64,000 nt of DNA from Candidatus Omnitrophota bacterium (lineage in GTDB: Bacteria > Omnitrophota > Gorgyraeia > Duberdicusellales > 4484-171): NCBI GenBank assembly GCA_021735655.1, contig JAIPGM010000004.1, positions 64,001 to 128,000 on the forward strand, in the 5' to 3' direction. This document shows, piece by piece, positions 40,113-49,449 of the stretch. A program made the translations under genes and the position numbers. The stretch's first letter is position 1, and every line of letters begins with the position of its first letter. Below the pieces are notes generated by a model, which saw nothing but the letters and a program-made list of their open reading frames with translations, searched no databases and had not been told where the DNA came from.

Positions 40113-41469
40113 AAAATGTAGAAGAGGTAATACTTACCAAAGACAAAGCAACCACACAAGCTATTCCGCTGAAAGCTAAGGTTTGACAACCAGCATCGCT
40201 AGAATGCAAAGCCCGAAGATAGGCCTTTGTGAACCGGACAAAAATCCAAATAAAACCAATAAATCCGATGATCCCAAAAGAAAGCCATAAATATAAATAG
40301 GTGTTATGGGCAAACCAAGTATAGACATAGCCATATTTTTGGAATCCCTCCAGGCCCACACCAAAAAAAGGATGCTCCAAAGCTACCAAAGCCGACTCTT
40401 GCCACCGCCAAATGCGGTCAGCTAATCCGGGTGCTTGGCTGGGGTCGTTCAAAACTTCTAAGACGCGCTGTTGAGCCCGCGCCCCCAAAGAAAACTTAGC
40501 GTAATACCAAAAACCAAAAAATAAGGCAAATGCCGGTAAGCCTATCTTCCATAAAGTTCCGGCAAAGCTTGCCGGAGAGTGTTTCTTTACTTTCAAAGCC
40601 AATACAGCCAACACCACTGTAGAAATTCCGGTTGCAATTAACGCCATTCTTCCCTGGGACTTGATAATTATTAAAGCCGCTACCAACATAATTCCGGCAG
40701 CCGCTAGGCGCTTCCCAAAAGACCGGTCGTTTAACCAGAGATTGAATGCTAATATCGCTACAAAAGCATAGCTAATCGGGGTGACTTCAGCCCCCATAAA
40801 TAAAGAGTCACACAAAGGTAGATTAATTATCTTCATCAAGCGCTCGCTGCCGATAACTGAGGCGCTCATAAGTTCCTGCTCATAACTAGCTAGCTGCGGC
40901 GCATAAAGAAAAACTAAACCCAGCAATCCAGCTGAAATTAAAAAACACCAAAGCAGGCGCTCGGCTTGTTTAATATTTCTAATTAACCAAAAACATAAAA
41001 AACAAAACAACGGCGGCAGAAAGCACACCGTTCGAATCACGATAAGCGAATATTCGCCTTTGTACTCAGCTGATATGTAAGCGAGTAAAGCACCGATAAC
41101 AAATAGCGTAAAAGGTAAAAAAGGAAAACCGCCTCGGGTAGGGATAGATGGGACCTTCTTAGAAACACTGCCAAGAAGCAGTCCGAGAATAATTAGCCCC
41201 CAGATAACTAGTTCAGTTGGATAGACCCGGGTCAATGCCGGAGAGAAACTCTGTAACCTTGAGTCCAAAGGCAGCCAATAGACAAAGACCGCCACGCACA
41301 AAAAGGGAAACAAGCCGATCCTTTTAATCAAATAAAGACTACCGGCCAAGCCGCCAAGCCCCAAAATCAAATATAAAAACCTTAGATTTTGAGAAACAAT
41401 TGCCTGGCTGATTATGACTGCGGCACCTACCAAAGCAAAAAAGAATATTAGTTTTTTTATTCTCGCCAT
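40030..41469 (-). CDS. Wzy/O-antigen-ligase-family membrane protein (second copy in window)
   Basis: At least 11 TM helices. WFAHNTYLYLWLSFGIIG Wzy_C-type motif. The listed start overlaps the upstream gene by 83 nt, so the real start is probably later. Confidence 0.65.
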   Translation of the reverse strand: MARIKKLIFFFALVGAAVIISQAIVSQNLRFLYLILGLGGLAGSLYLIKRIGLFPFLCVAVFVYWLPLDSRLQSFSPALTRVYPTELVIWGLIILGLLLGSVSKKVPSIPTRGGFPFLPFTLFVIGALLAYISAEYKGEYSLIVIRTVCFLPPLFCFLCFWLIRNIKQAERLLWCFLISAGLLGLVFLYAPQLASYEQELMSASVIGSERLMKIINLPLCDSLFMGAEVTPISYAFVAILAFNLWLNDRSFGKRLAAAGIMLVAALIIIKSQGRMALIATGISTVVLAVLALKVKKHSPASFAGTLWKIGLPAFALFFGFWYYAKFSLGARAQQRVLEVLNDPSQAPGLADRIWRWQESALVALEHPFFGVGLEGFQKYGYVYTWFAHNTYLYLWLSFGIIGFIGFIWIFVRFTKAYLRALHSSDAGCQTLAFSGIACVVALSLVSITSSTFFVTPWQLFMLWTPFGITFAAVTLAKNE

Positions 41470-41485
41470 CTCTTAAGCCGCCCTT

Positions 41486-43300
41486 TCAATAAAACTTTTG
41501 CTCTTCCCAATATTGGTAAAACTTACCTTTCTTCTTAAGGAGCTCGGTTAAATCCCCCTCCTCTATGAATCGACCATCCTCGATTACCACGATCTTATCG
41601 GCATTCTTTATCGTAGAAAGCCTATGAGCAATAGTTATCGCAGTTTTCCCTTTAACCATCTGCTCAACCGCCTCCTGTATAAGCCGTTCGGTATGTGTGT
41701 CAAGAGAGCTGGTAGCTTCGTCTAAAATTAAAATCTCAGACCTTCTAAGCACTGCTCGCGCGATAGAAACTCTCTGCTTTTCCCCGCCTGAAAGCTGGAC
41801 CCCCCTATCTCCTACCAAGCTATCCAAGCCCTTCGATGCTTTCAAAATAACTTCGTGCAATCTTGCCTTTTTGGCAACAACCATTATTTCTTCTTCCGAG
41901 CATTCTCTATCTAAGCCATAGGTAATGTTATTTCTAAGGGTATCATTAAAAAGTGCTGAGTCTTGACTTACCAGGGCTATTTGCCCTCTCAACGATTCCA
42001 CTGTAAACTCTCTTATATCGGTGCCGTCGATAAAAATTGTTGAAGGTGGGCAATCGTAAAAACGTAAAATCAAACTGATAAGCGTGGTTTTCCCGGCTCC
42101 GGTCGAACCAACTATCGCAGTCATTTTTCCCTTTTCGACCGAAAAACTAACATCTTTTAATGTTTGTATTCCTTTTTTATAAAAAAAGTTTAGATGCCTA
42201 AAATCTATGCTTTCGTTTAATTGTTTAAACTCTTTTCGGCCGCCGTTTACAAAAAATTTATTTTTATCGTCAAAAACCTTTAATATGCTCCTCATCGGGC
42301 CTTCTATATTAGCTAAAGAAACTCTAAACAAACCTAGCCCTTTTGAGTAGGTAAAAATCCTCTTGATAATAACGATGTACACCGCAAAGATTGCTACATC
42401 CCCTGACTGTTTTTTTACGATCAAAAAGGCGGTGGCAGCGATAAATAATAAGAGCATTACTAAGGCAATAATTTCATGAACCAAAGGCACTAAATAACGC
42501 TTTCTATCAACATTAAATTCCAGCTCTTCTATGGCATCGCTGGCCTTACTGAAACGATGTTCCTCCTTCTTCTCTGCAACACAGGCTTTAACTAAAAGCA
42601 TATTAGATAATATATTGAAAATACTTTGGCCCAAAACCGTATGGGCACCGGCCCAAACAACTGAACTTTTTTTGATCTTATCAATAAGCCATTGCGAAGA
42701 ATAAAATACCAGGGGAAAAACAAGCATTGCGAAAATTGTCAACTTCCAAGAAATCATCACCATTATAATAATGTATACAACAAGCATAAGTATCAAAATG
42801 CATGAATTTTCTAAAATCATGAGCTGACTCGAAATTTTGTTGGTAAAACCGATGAGCACCTGGTTAAGACTCCCTGTGCTGTTAAGGTCGAAATGCTTTT
42901 TCCCAAAACCAAGGTAGCGCTTGAAGATATTTTTTCTTAATTGATTGGAAAACTTCCTTACCTGACGAGCTATGCCAACGGCGGATAGATATTGAAAAAT
43001 GTTTTTTGCGACTGCTGTCGTCGCAATCATGACCAAAAGCAAGATAAATAATGAAGTATTTGTTGCGCTAAGCGAATCTGGAATTTGTTCAATAATATTT
43101 TTTAGAATGGGGACTTCTCTGACAAAGATAAAATCTGCTTTAATGATTCCCCTTACCGTGGGGATTAAAAGCGTTATACTAAGACCCTCAAACAGCGCTG
43201 CCCCTAAAGCTAAAACTACCGGAAAAATAAAATGCGACAACTTTACATCTATTCTGTGAAAGAATTTTATTAACCGTACAAGATTCAAATACAGTTTCAT
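41486..43300 (-). CDS. ABC exporter, fused permease-ATPase (MsbA/PglK-like lipid or lipid-linked-oligosaccharide flippase family)
   Basis: 6 TM helices plus NBD; Walker A GSTGAGKTT, signature LSGGEKQRVSIARA, Walker B ILILDEATS. Confidence 0.85.
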   Translation of the reverse strand: MKLYLNLVRLIKFFHRIDVKLSHFIFPVVLALGAALFEGLSITLLIPTVRGIIKADFIFVREVPILKNIIEQIPDSLSATNTSLFILLLVMIATTAVAKNIFQYLSAVGIARQVRKFSNQLRKNIFKRYLGFGKKHFDLNSTGSLNQVLIGFTNKISSQLMILENSCILILMLVVYIIIMVMISWKLTIFAMLVFPLVFYSSQWLIDKIKKSSVVWAGAHTVLGQSIFNILSNMLLVKACVAEKKEEHRFSKASDAIEELEFNVDRKRYLVPLVHEIIALVMLLLFIAATAFLIVKKQSGDVAIFAVYIVIIKRIFTYSKGLGLFRVSLANIEGPMRSILKVFDDKNKFFVNGGRKEFKQLNESIDFRHLNFFYKKGIQTLKDVSFSVEKGKMTAIVGSTGAGKTTLISLILRFYDCPPSTIFIDGTDIREFTVESLRGQIALVSQDSALFNDTLRNNITYGLDRECSEEEIMVVAKKARLHEVILKASKGLDSLVGDRGVQLSGGEKQRVSIARAVLRRSEILILDEATSSLDTHTERLIQEAVEQMVKGKTAITIAHRLSTIKNADKIVVIEDGRFIEEGDLTELLKKKGKFYQYWEEQKFY

Positions 43301-43327
43301 TTCCTTAGCTCCTTAAATTTCTACATC

Positions 43328-43567
43328 CTAAATGCGTGTGATTTTACCTTCCTGCTCGCTAGTTTTATTTATTTTGTTTGCTATCCAGGAATCAAGTAAA
43401 TCTTTTTTAAAGCGCCATTGCCCACCAAGCTTGAAACCCGGTAGCTGACCTTTCTTTGTAAGACGATAAACCGTGATTGGATGTAACCCTAAATATTTAG
43501 CCGCCTCTTTAGGGTTCATAATTCCCGAATACTCGAACTGCTTTTGTTTTGGGTTTTTAGGTTTCAT
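43328..43567 (-). CDS. excisionase-family (HTH_17/MerR-like) DNA-binding protein
   Basis: AAKYLGLHPITVYRLTKKGQLPGFKLGGQWRFKKDLLDSWI. It is the first gene of the minus-strand operon and has a GGAGG SD. Confidence 0.6.
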   Translation of the reverse strand: MKPKNPKQKQFEYSGIMNPKEAAKYLGLHPITVYRLTKKGQLPGFKLGGQWRFKKDLLDSWIANKINKTSEQEGKITRI

Positions 43568-43752
43568 TTTCCTCCAACATTATACAAATAGCACATTTTT
43601 GCAAAGAAGTCAACGAATGATGACTTTTTTTATTAAAGATTAATAATAATCATCATTTGCTAGCTATTGCTAATAATTGCTAAAAGAACTAAAAAAATAC
43701 CCAAGGAGCATAGCTATTTGGCTAAAACTACTAGAAATTAAATTTCGGGGGG

Positions 43753-44880
43753 TTATTGGCTATTGCCTAGACTCGCCTTAAGTATCTTGAAAAGAATCGC
43801 GGTCAACTCTCCTGAACTTTTAGGATTTCGTAACAGCTCCCAAACTAGGGTTGCGTGGCGCTCAAAATCGCCTTCGCGCTCAATGGTGGTAATATTTTTT
43901 TTAGCGAAGGAAAATATTCGCTTAACATCTTGATCGCTTAGCTTTTGAAATATCTTTCGAGCTCTCAAGGGTATTTTTAATTCTCGGCCAAATCTCTGCA
44001 TCCAAAGCGAAGGATAGCTAGAATACCTCTTCTCAATAATACACTCGGCTAATGTTTCAGCACCACGCATACCCATATAAATTCCGCCATAAGTTAGTGG
44101 CTTAGTTTGAGAAGCGCTATCACCGACCAAAAATACTTTCTCCCGAGATATATCCTTATGCTGAGTTAATGGCACAGCTCCAGCAAATTTTTCAATAACC
44201 TCCCCGTTCATTTTTTGCCTTTTAATGAAAGTCAATAAATCTTGATAAGGGTTTTTAGAGATAACCCCGACTCGGGCCACCCGCTCTGACTCTGGAATTA
44301 CCCAATAAAAATAAGGCCGCTCTATATATACTTCTACTAAATCCTTTCTCTGGGATTTATGTGCCATGCGAAACTGGACCCCCTTCAAGGTGCTCCCCTT
44401 ATAATTATTAGTAACAAACCCTTTGGTTGCAGAGTTAGCTCCGTCAGCACCAACAACAATATCTGCCAAAATCTCTCCCTTGTCGGTTTCGATAATATAG
44501 CTGCCGTTTTCTTTTTCCAGACCAAGGAATTTAGTTTCAAAAAGTATATTAAGACCTTTGCTTAAGTTTTTATCGAAAGTTTCTCGGTCAACCACATAAG
44601 CGACTTTCTTCTTTTTAAGCACAAACTTGTCTTTCCCCAAACGAATAACTGCTCCATTTATCGTATTTGAAACGCAGCCCCGAGCAATCGACACCTTGGC
44701 TTCGCTAAAAACCTTTCCACCGACCAGCCCGGCGCAATGCACTGGTCGGCCTATTTCCTTATGATCTTCTATAAGTAAAGGGTTTAGCCCCGATCCCTTA
44801 AGAAGCTGTGCCAAATAACAACCTACTGGGCCCGCTCCTATAATAACTATTTTTTTTTGTTTCTTGGTTTCTCTCTTCAT
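43753..44880 (-). CDS. FAD-dependent oxidoreductase, geranylgeranyl reductase family
   Basis: KKIVIIGAGPVGCYLA dinucleotide-binding motif, RPVHCAGLVGG, overall GGR-like length and profile. Confidence 0.6.
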   Translation of the reverse strand: MKRETKKQKKIVIIGAGPVGCYLAQLLKGSGLNPLLIEDHKEIGRPVHCAGLVGGKVFSEAKVSIARGCVSNTINGAVIRLGKDKFVLKKKKVAYVVDRETFDKNLSKGLNILFETKFLGLEKENGSYIIETDKGEILADIVVGADGANSATKGFVTNNYKGSTLKGVQFRMAHKSQRKDLVEVYIERPYFYWVIPESERVARVGVISKNPYQDLLTFIKRQKMNGEVIEKFAGAVPLTQHKDISREKVFLVGDSASQTKPLTYGGIYMGMRGAETLAECIIEKRYSSYPSLWMQRFGRELKIPLRARKIFQKLSDQDVKRIFSFAKKNITTIEREGDFERHATLVWELLRNPKSSGELTAILFKILKASLGNSQ

Positions 44881-44918
44881 AACCTCTACTCTTATTGATT
44901 GTTGTTTTTTTCCGATAT

Positions 44919-45359
44919 TTAAAGATTCAAATCAAATATTAATTTATCGCCAGCTCTTAGCCCCACATCTTCAACTATACCAGCGCTTACTTCCAAAACA
45001 TAAAGAGCTTTCTTATCCGGACTCAATACCGAACAATTATCTAAAGTGCATGGCTTAGCGTTTTCTTTAATAAAAACTGCTTCCTTATTTTTATTCAACC
45101 AAACTATGTCTAAAGGTATCTCAGTGTTTTTCATCCAAAAATTATGGATTTGTTCTTCGGTAAAAATAAACAGCATCCCTCTATCCCGATCAAGCCTCTT
45201 GCGAAACATTAATCCTTGCTCGCGCTGTTCCTGAGTTGCAGCAATCTCCACAACAAAGCAGTGCTGTTTAAAACAAACTTTGCTCGGCTGGTCATAATGG
45301 CAACCAACCACAGCAAGGATTAAAACTGTTACGCCAATTAAAATAGACCGAAAATACAC
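44919..45359 (-). CDS. DUF192 domain protein (secreted / lipoprotein-like)
   Basis: GMLFIF...FWMKNTEIPLDIVWLN matches the DUF192 core. Confidence 0.6.
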   Translation of the reverse strand: MYFRSILIGVTVLILAVVGCHYDQPSKVCFKQHCFVVEIAATQEQREQGLMFRKRLDRDRGMLFIFTEEQIHNFWMKNTEIPLDIVWLNKNKEAVFIKENAKPCTLDNCSVLSPDKKALYVLEVSAGIVEDVGLRAGDKLIFDLNL

Positions 45360-45371
45360 CTTAACTCTGCC

Positions 45372-46250
45372 TTACTTGAGCCAATTTGAAAGATCTCTTT
45401 GGATAAGTTTTTCTAGTTCTAAAATATCTTGTCTATACAAATTAACTATCCGCCTTCGTGCCTCGGGTGATAGAGATGGTTTAACCAGGCAGGCTTTCCA
45501 AAATCGATCACGAAGAGCCGAAAAAAAACGCAAAACTATTTTTGGCAAAAAACTTCTAAGGCGTTTAACCACCGCTGTAGCCTTGCGCCCAAGCACTAGC
45601 CACCCACGCATGACGATATTTTTTGGCAGGCCAGAAGGGTTATGTCTAATAGAGATATCTGGTAAAAAATTCTCATCTACATTCAAAAACCTAAAAATAT
45701 CTCTTAATAAGTCAAAAGGGTTAGTTTGTAAATCTTCGTAAAGAAAAATTTTTATCTGCGAACGGTCAAAAAGTTTAAAATAATGCTTAAGGTGCCGATA
45801 ATAAGAGTTGTTTTCTAGATGCTGTCTGCGGTATCCAGGCGACCCCGTATCTATTTGTCCAAGGAAATCACTAAAGCTGTCGGGCTTCTCTTTGCCTTCT
45901 CGACACCGATGCATAAAATTCGAATATAGTTTATCAGCCGGGTCACGAAAGATAACAATGAGTTTTACTTTTGGGATATAGCGCTTTATTTGCTCAGCGG
46001 CTTTTGGCTTAGACAAATAAATAATTGATGCTTCGCCAATAGCCCTTTCTCTTGAAACATTTTTGAATAACTCTTTGTAATTTTCTAAATTAGCTATTCT
46101 CCCGTTTTTTTTCTTTTCGCCTTCAAAGCCAAAAAAATTTGGCTCCTTAACCGGACTCATATAAATTTCGGGATGCTGCCCCAGATAGTTATAAAGCGAG
46201 GTCGTACCAACCCTCCCAGTACCAATAATCAAAAAATTAGGCATTGCCAT
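45372..46250 (-). CDS. sulfotransferase-family protein
   Basis: N-terminal PAPS 5'-phosphosulfate-binding-like loop IIGTGRVGTTSLYNYL and RDP region. Confidence 0.6.
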   Translation of the reverse strand: MAMPNFLIIGTGRVGTTSLYNYLGQHPEIYMSPVKEPNFFGFEGEKKKNGRIANLENYKELFKNVSRERAIGEASIIYLSKPKAAEQIKRYIPKVKLIVIFRDPADKLYSNFMHRCREGKEKPDSFSDFLGQIDTGSPGYRRQHLENNSYYRHLKHYFKLFDRSQIKIFLYEDLQTNPFDLLRDIFRFLNVDENFLPDISIRHNPSGLPKNIVMRGWLVLGRKATAVVKRLRSFLPKIVLRFFSALRDRFWKACLVKPSLSPEARRRIVNLYRQDILELEKLIQRDLSNWLK

Positions 46251-46451
46251 AGGTTTGTGTCGGTCCCCTCTGAGGCTGGAGTTTATCCCCGCGAAATCCC
46301 TTTAATTTCTTTTATAAACGGGGTCAACGGCATTGCCGCCCATTGATTTAAAAACCCCTTAAACTCATTGCGCATTGTAGCCTTCGTTTATCTTTCTGTG
46401 TATAGTTTATAAACTTACTCAAGGCACCCTGTCGTACCTCAAATCGTTATA

Positions 46452-48842
46452 TTACTCAATCGTATAAAGATAATCGCCTATCGCACGAGCAACCGTTTCC
46501 ATGCTTTGTGCGCTGCATTTATCAACTGTATCACCTGTTGTATGGGAATACGGGTATTCAAAATCAATCAGCAAAAAGCTTGGAATTCCGGCTTGATTAA
46601 GCGGAATGTGATCGTCTCTAATATCTTGCCCAACTCTTTTTTGAAAAACATTACCGTTGATTTCCTGTGCGATACTCCAAAAAGATTCTACTTGGTTAGG
46701 AGAATTTTTAACCGATAATCCTTCTTTCAAGATTCTTAAATCTTTATCGCACACCATATCCAATACAATCCCACCGATTGGCTTGGTATTGCTGTATATT
46801 TCGCTCAAATGCTCAGCAAAGTAAGTGGAGCCGAGCGGCTTCCAATAAGTATAATCTCCACCTTGATTTTCTTCACCTTCTTCTCCATCAAAGAAAACAA
46901 CATCAATCCCTATGCTTGGCTCCGCCTGTGCGTTGGCGAATAAACGAGCTAATTCCACAAGAACTGCCACTCCCGAAGCAGAGTCATTTGCCCCCGGCAC
47001 TGGGTGGTCGGGGTTCCTTTTGTCCTTGTCGGCAAATTTTTTGCTGTCGTAATGCGCTCCAAGTATAATCCGCCGCTCTTGGGCGGGAAACAATCGACCA
47101 ATGATATTTGTCAATCTATGAACTTTCCCGTCTTGTCCAGCCTGCTCCCAGGTCTGAATTTTTACCTCCGGCGCAAGTTCTTTCATTTCGGCCAATATAA
47201 AATTTTGGGCTTTTTCGTGTCCACCTGCGCTTAGGTAACGTGGGCCATAGCGAAGTTGCTGAGCAACGAGAGCTAGCATTTCTTCACCCTTAAGGGATGA
47301 CTTCTGATTAAAGCTATTGCGCAAAATTTGTCCGGTCAAATATTCAACTGGCGAAAAATTGTCGGTCAATACAGGATAAACCGAAAACTCAAATCGGTTC
47401 ATATCGATAATCTTATTTTGTAGGGATCGAATAATTTCATTAGGATGTTCAACTACCGAAGCTGCGCCTAGATCTATCCTTTTATCGCTATTGTGGCCAA
47501 CTAAAACGATATTCTGTGATTCGATTATCCCCGGCGAATCAACCGCAAAAAAATAACTATTCGGAAAAACCGATTGGAATGTCTTTATCTCGGACATAAT
47601 AAGCGATGGTTGTTGACGAGACAAACTCCCAATCAGGCTTGCGATAAAAAGACCCTCGTCACTAAGTTTCTCTTTCGCGATTGTAAAAAATTCTTTGGTA
47701 GTAAAGTGTGCCGGAACAGAAAAAAACGAGTAGTATACATCGCTAAAAATTAAATCGTATTTTTTATTTGAGTCTCGCAACAGGCGACGTCCATCCTCTA
47801 TATAGTTTCTCAGCCGCGGTGTGTTGGTTACCCGAAAATACTTTCTTGAAAGGTTAAACAAAGAAGGTTCTATCTCAGAAACATCTACTGTCGCCTCTGG
47901 CAACTCCGCGAGCAATGCTCTGGGGAGAGAATACGCACCACCACCGATAACAAGAGCATTTTTTACGTCGGGCGTAAAAATCTTATAAAGAGCATAGTAT
48001 TTTGCATAGCCCCCTACCAGATCGATCGGATCATCGGAATCGAGAAACATAGCCCCTGAGATGCTGCGGTCTTGCTGAAAAAACCTTGTTAGTCGCCCAT
48101 CAAAAACACTATCATAGATAGTAATTCTTTCATAAACGCCATCTTTACTGTAAACAACACCTTCATTTTCTTGGTATTCAATAAACAGCGCCATGATGAA
48201 AAAAAGCATAAACACAAATAGAACACCATACAAATATTTCTTTTTCAAACCGAGCACAAAAAGAGGGACTAGCCCGAGAAGAAACAAAACTACTCCATTA
48301 GCAATAACAATTTGATTTATTCCAAAATTAGGTATGAGCACAAATCCTGCCAACAAGCTTCCGAATATACTTCCTAAAGTTGAACAAAAGAAAACTTTTC
48401 CGGCGATCGTTCCAACGCCTTGGTTTGGAGAGTGAACGCTTTGTAATTTAATTGTATAGGGAGACAATGTGCCGAGCAATAATGCTGGTAGCAGAAATAA
48501 AAATATTGAGGACACTAAAGGTCCGGCGGAAATTGAAAAGGCCAAGCTCAAAATCGGCAAAAGAATAACGCCGACAAAATGAAACAAAAGTAGCGTAAGT
48601 CCGCTCAGAAGAATGATGCTAAAGAACCAACTCGAAGATGGATAACGATCAGCCAGCTTGCCGCCGGCATAGTATCCAAAACTTAGCGCGGCAAGGATAA
48701 CACTTATTACGCTCGATACGGTAAAAATCGTATTGCCGTAATAAGGAGACAAAATACGAACCGCAACCACTTCGATAACAAGTACCGAGGCGCCAGTGAC
48801 AAAAACTACAAAAAGCAAAAAATATTTTTTAAGAAATTCCAT
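46452..48842 (-). CDS. tri-domain fusion: polytopic membrane domain + spermidine-synthase-like fold + C-terminal M28 peptidase domain
   Basis: N-terminal ~7 TM helices. VIGGGAYSLP...DLIFSDVY is the aminopropyltransferase-like part. The C-terminus carries M28 motifs GAHYDS, GANDSASGVAVLVELAR, FFDGEEGE. Start placed at ATG 48840-48842 (MEFLKKYF...); the ORF-track TTG at 48866 would read through a tRNA-like fragment. Confidence 0.65.
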   Translation of the reverse strand: MEFLKKYFLLFVVFVTGASVLVIEVVAVRILSPYYGNTIFTVSSVISVILAALSFGYYAGGKLADRYPSSSWFFSIILLSGLTLLLFHFVGVILLPILSLAFSISAGPLVSSIFLFLLPALLLGTLSPYTIKLQSVHSPNQGVGTIAGKVFFCSTLGSIFGSLLAGFVLIPNFGINQIVIANGVVLFLLGLVPLFVLGLKKKYLYGVLFVFMLFFIMALFIEYQENEGVVYSKDGVYERITIYDSVFDGRLTRFFQQDRSISGAMFLDSDDPIDLVGGYAKYYALYKIFTPDVKNALVIGGGAYSLPRALLAELPEATVDVSEIEPSLFNLSRKYFRVTNTPRLRNYIEDGRRLLRDSNKKYDLIFSDVYYSFFSVPAHFTTKEFFTIAKEKLSDEGLFIASLIGSLSRQQPSLIMSEIKTFQSVFPNSYFFAVDSPGIIESQNIVLVGHNSDKRIDLGAASVVEHPNEIIRSLQNKIIDMNRFEFSVYPVLTDNFSPVEYLTGQILRNSFNQKSSLKGEEMLALVAQQLRYGPRYLSAGGHEKAQNFILAEMKELAPEVKIQTWEQAGQDGKVHRLTNIIGRLFPAQERRIILGAHYDSKKFADKDKRNPDHPVPGANDSASGVAVLVELARLFANAQAEPSIGIDVVFFDGEEGEENQGGDYTYWKPLGSTYFAEHLSEIYSNTKPIGGIVLDMVCDKDLRILKEGLSVKNSPNQVESFWSIAQEINGNVFQKRVGQDIRDDHIPLNQAGIPSFLLIDFEYPYSHTTGDTVDKCSAQSMETVARAIGDYLYTIE

Positions 48843-48861
48843 CGAAACGAAGTATAGCGAG

Positions 48862-48890
48862 GTCAATGGGATTCGACCCCACGATCACCT
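48862..48890 (-). other. degenerate tRNA 3'-end-like fragment (T-arm + acceptor 3' strand), candidate att site of the adjacent mobile element
   Basis: Minus-strand read CGTGGGGTCGAATCCCATTGACCTCG resembles the GGTTCGAATCC T-loop region with one T missing. No 5' acceptor or D arm, so it is not a functional tRNA. Confidence 0.35.
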
Positions 48891-49449
48891 GCGTGATAGG
48901 CAATAGCCCCTAAATAAAAACTCCTCTATTTTTAATGTCAACTACGTTTTAATTATAACATGTTGGTCAAATAGTGTCTATGCCCGGTTTAGATCTATAT
49001 GGCCTAGGCTGGATTTGTGTCAATTAAGATAAAAAAATAAATTATCGATTTTTGATTGTTCATAAAATAAAATTTATTTTGCTATCGCTAATATTATACT
49101 TCTTCCCGAAACTAAAGCAAACTTTATTAATCTTCACCCTTCTAATATCGAAATTAAAATATAAATTGCTTTAGTCTCTGTGAGCATGTTTTCGGGGATT
49201 TGATAGATAATGAAGACGGGCCGAATGTGACACTACTCAAACTACACAAGCCCAATCAATACAACTACTTGTGAAACTTTATAAAAAGCGTTCTATGGGC
49301 ACTTTGATGTCCCTCGGCCAACCCATTAATAATTCAGCACCTTATCGAAAAGGTGTTTTATCACAACACCGGCAAAAAACCATGAAAATGGTCACTCAAA
49401 ACTAAAATTCTCGATCCCTATACAAGCGCTAATCTTGGCGAGTGAAAAT

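Noticed and set aside
20560-41469. Two Wzy_C/O-antigen-ligase-like genes as a recent duplication
   Set aside because: The sequences are highly divergent (different TM counts and motifs). They are more likely distinct polymerase/ligase functions than duplicates.
48843-48866. ORF-track start (TTG at 48866) for the membrane/spermidine-synthase/M28 fusion
   Set aside because: The extension MTSLYFVS is translated from the tRNA-like att remnant. The ATG at 48842 gives a typical hydrophobic N-terminus.
48862-48940. Possible complete tRNA gene at the island junction
   Set aside because: Only a T-arm/acceptor 3' half is recognisable, with one T missing from the TTCGAAT loop. There is no complementary 5' acceptor strand or D arm, so it is a remnant or att repeat at best.
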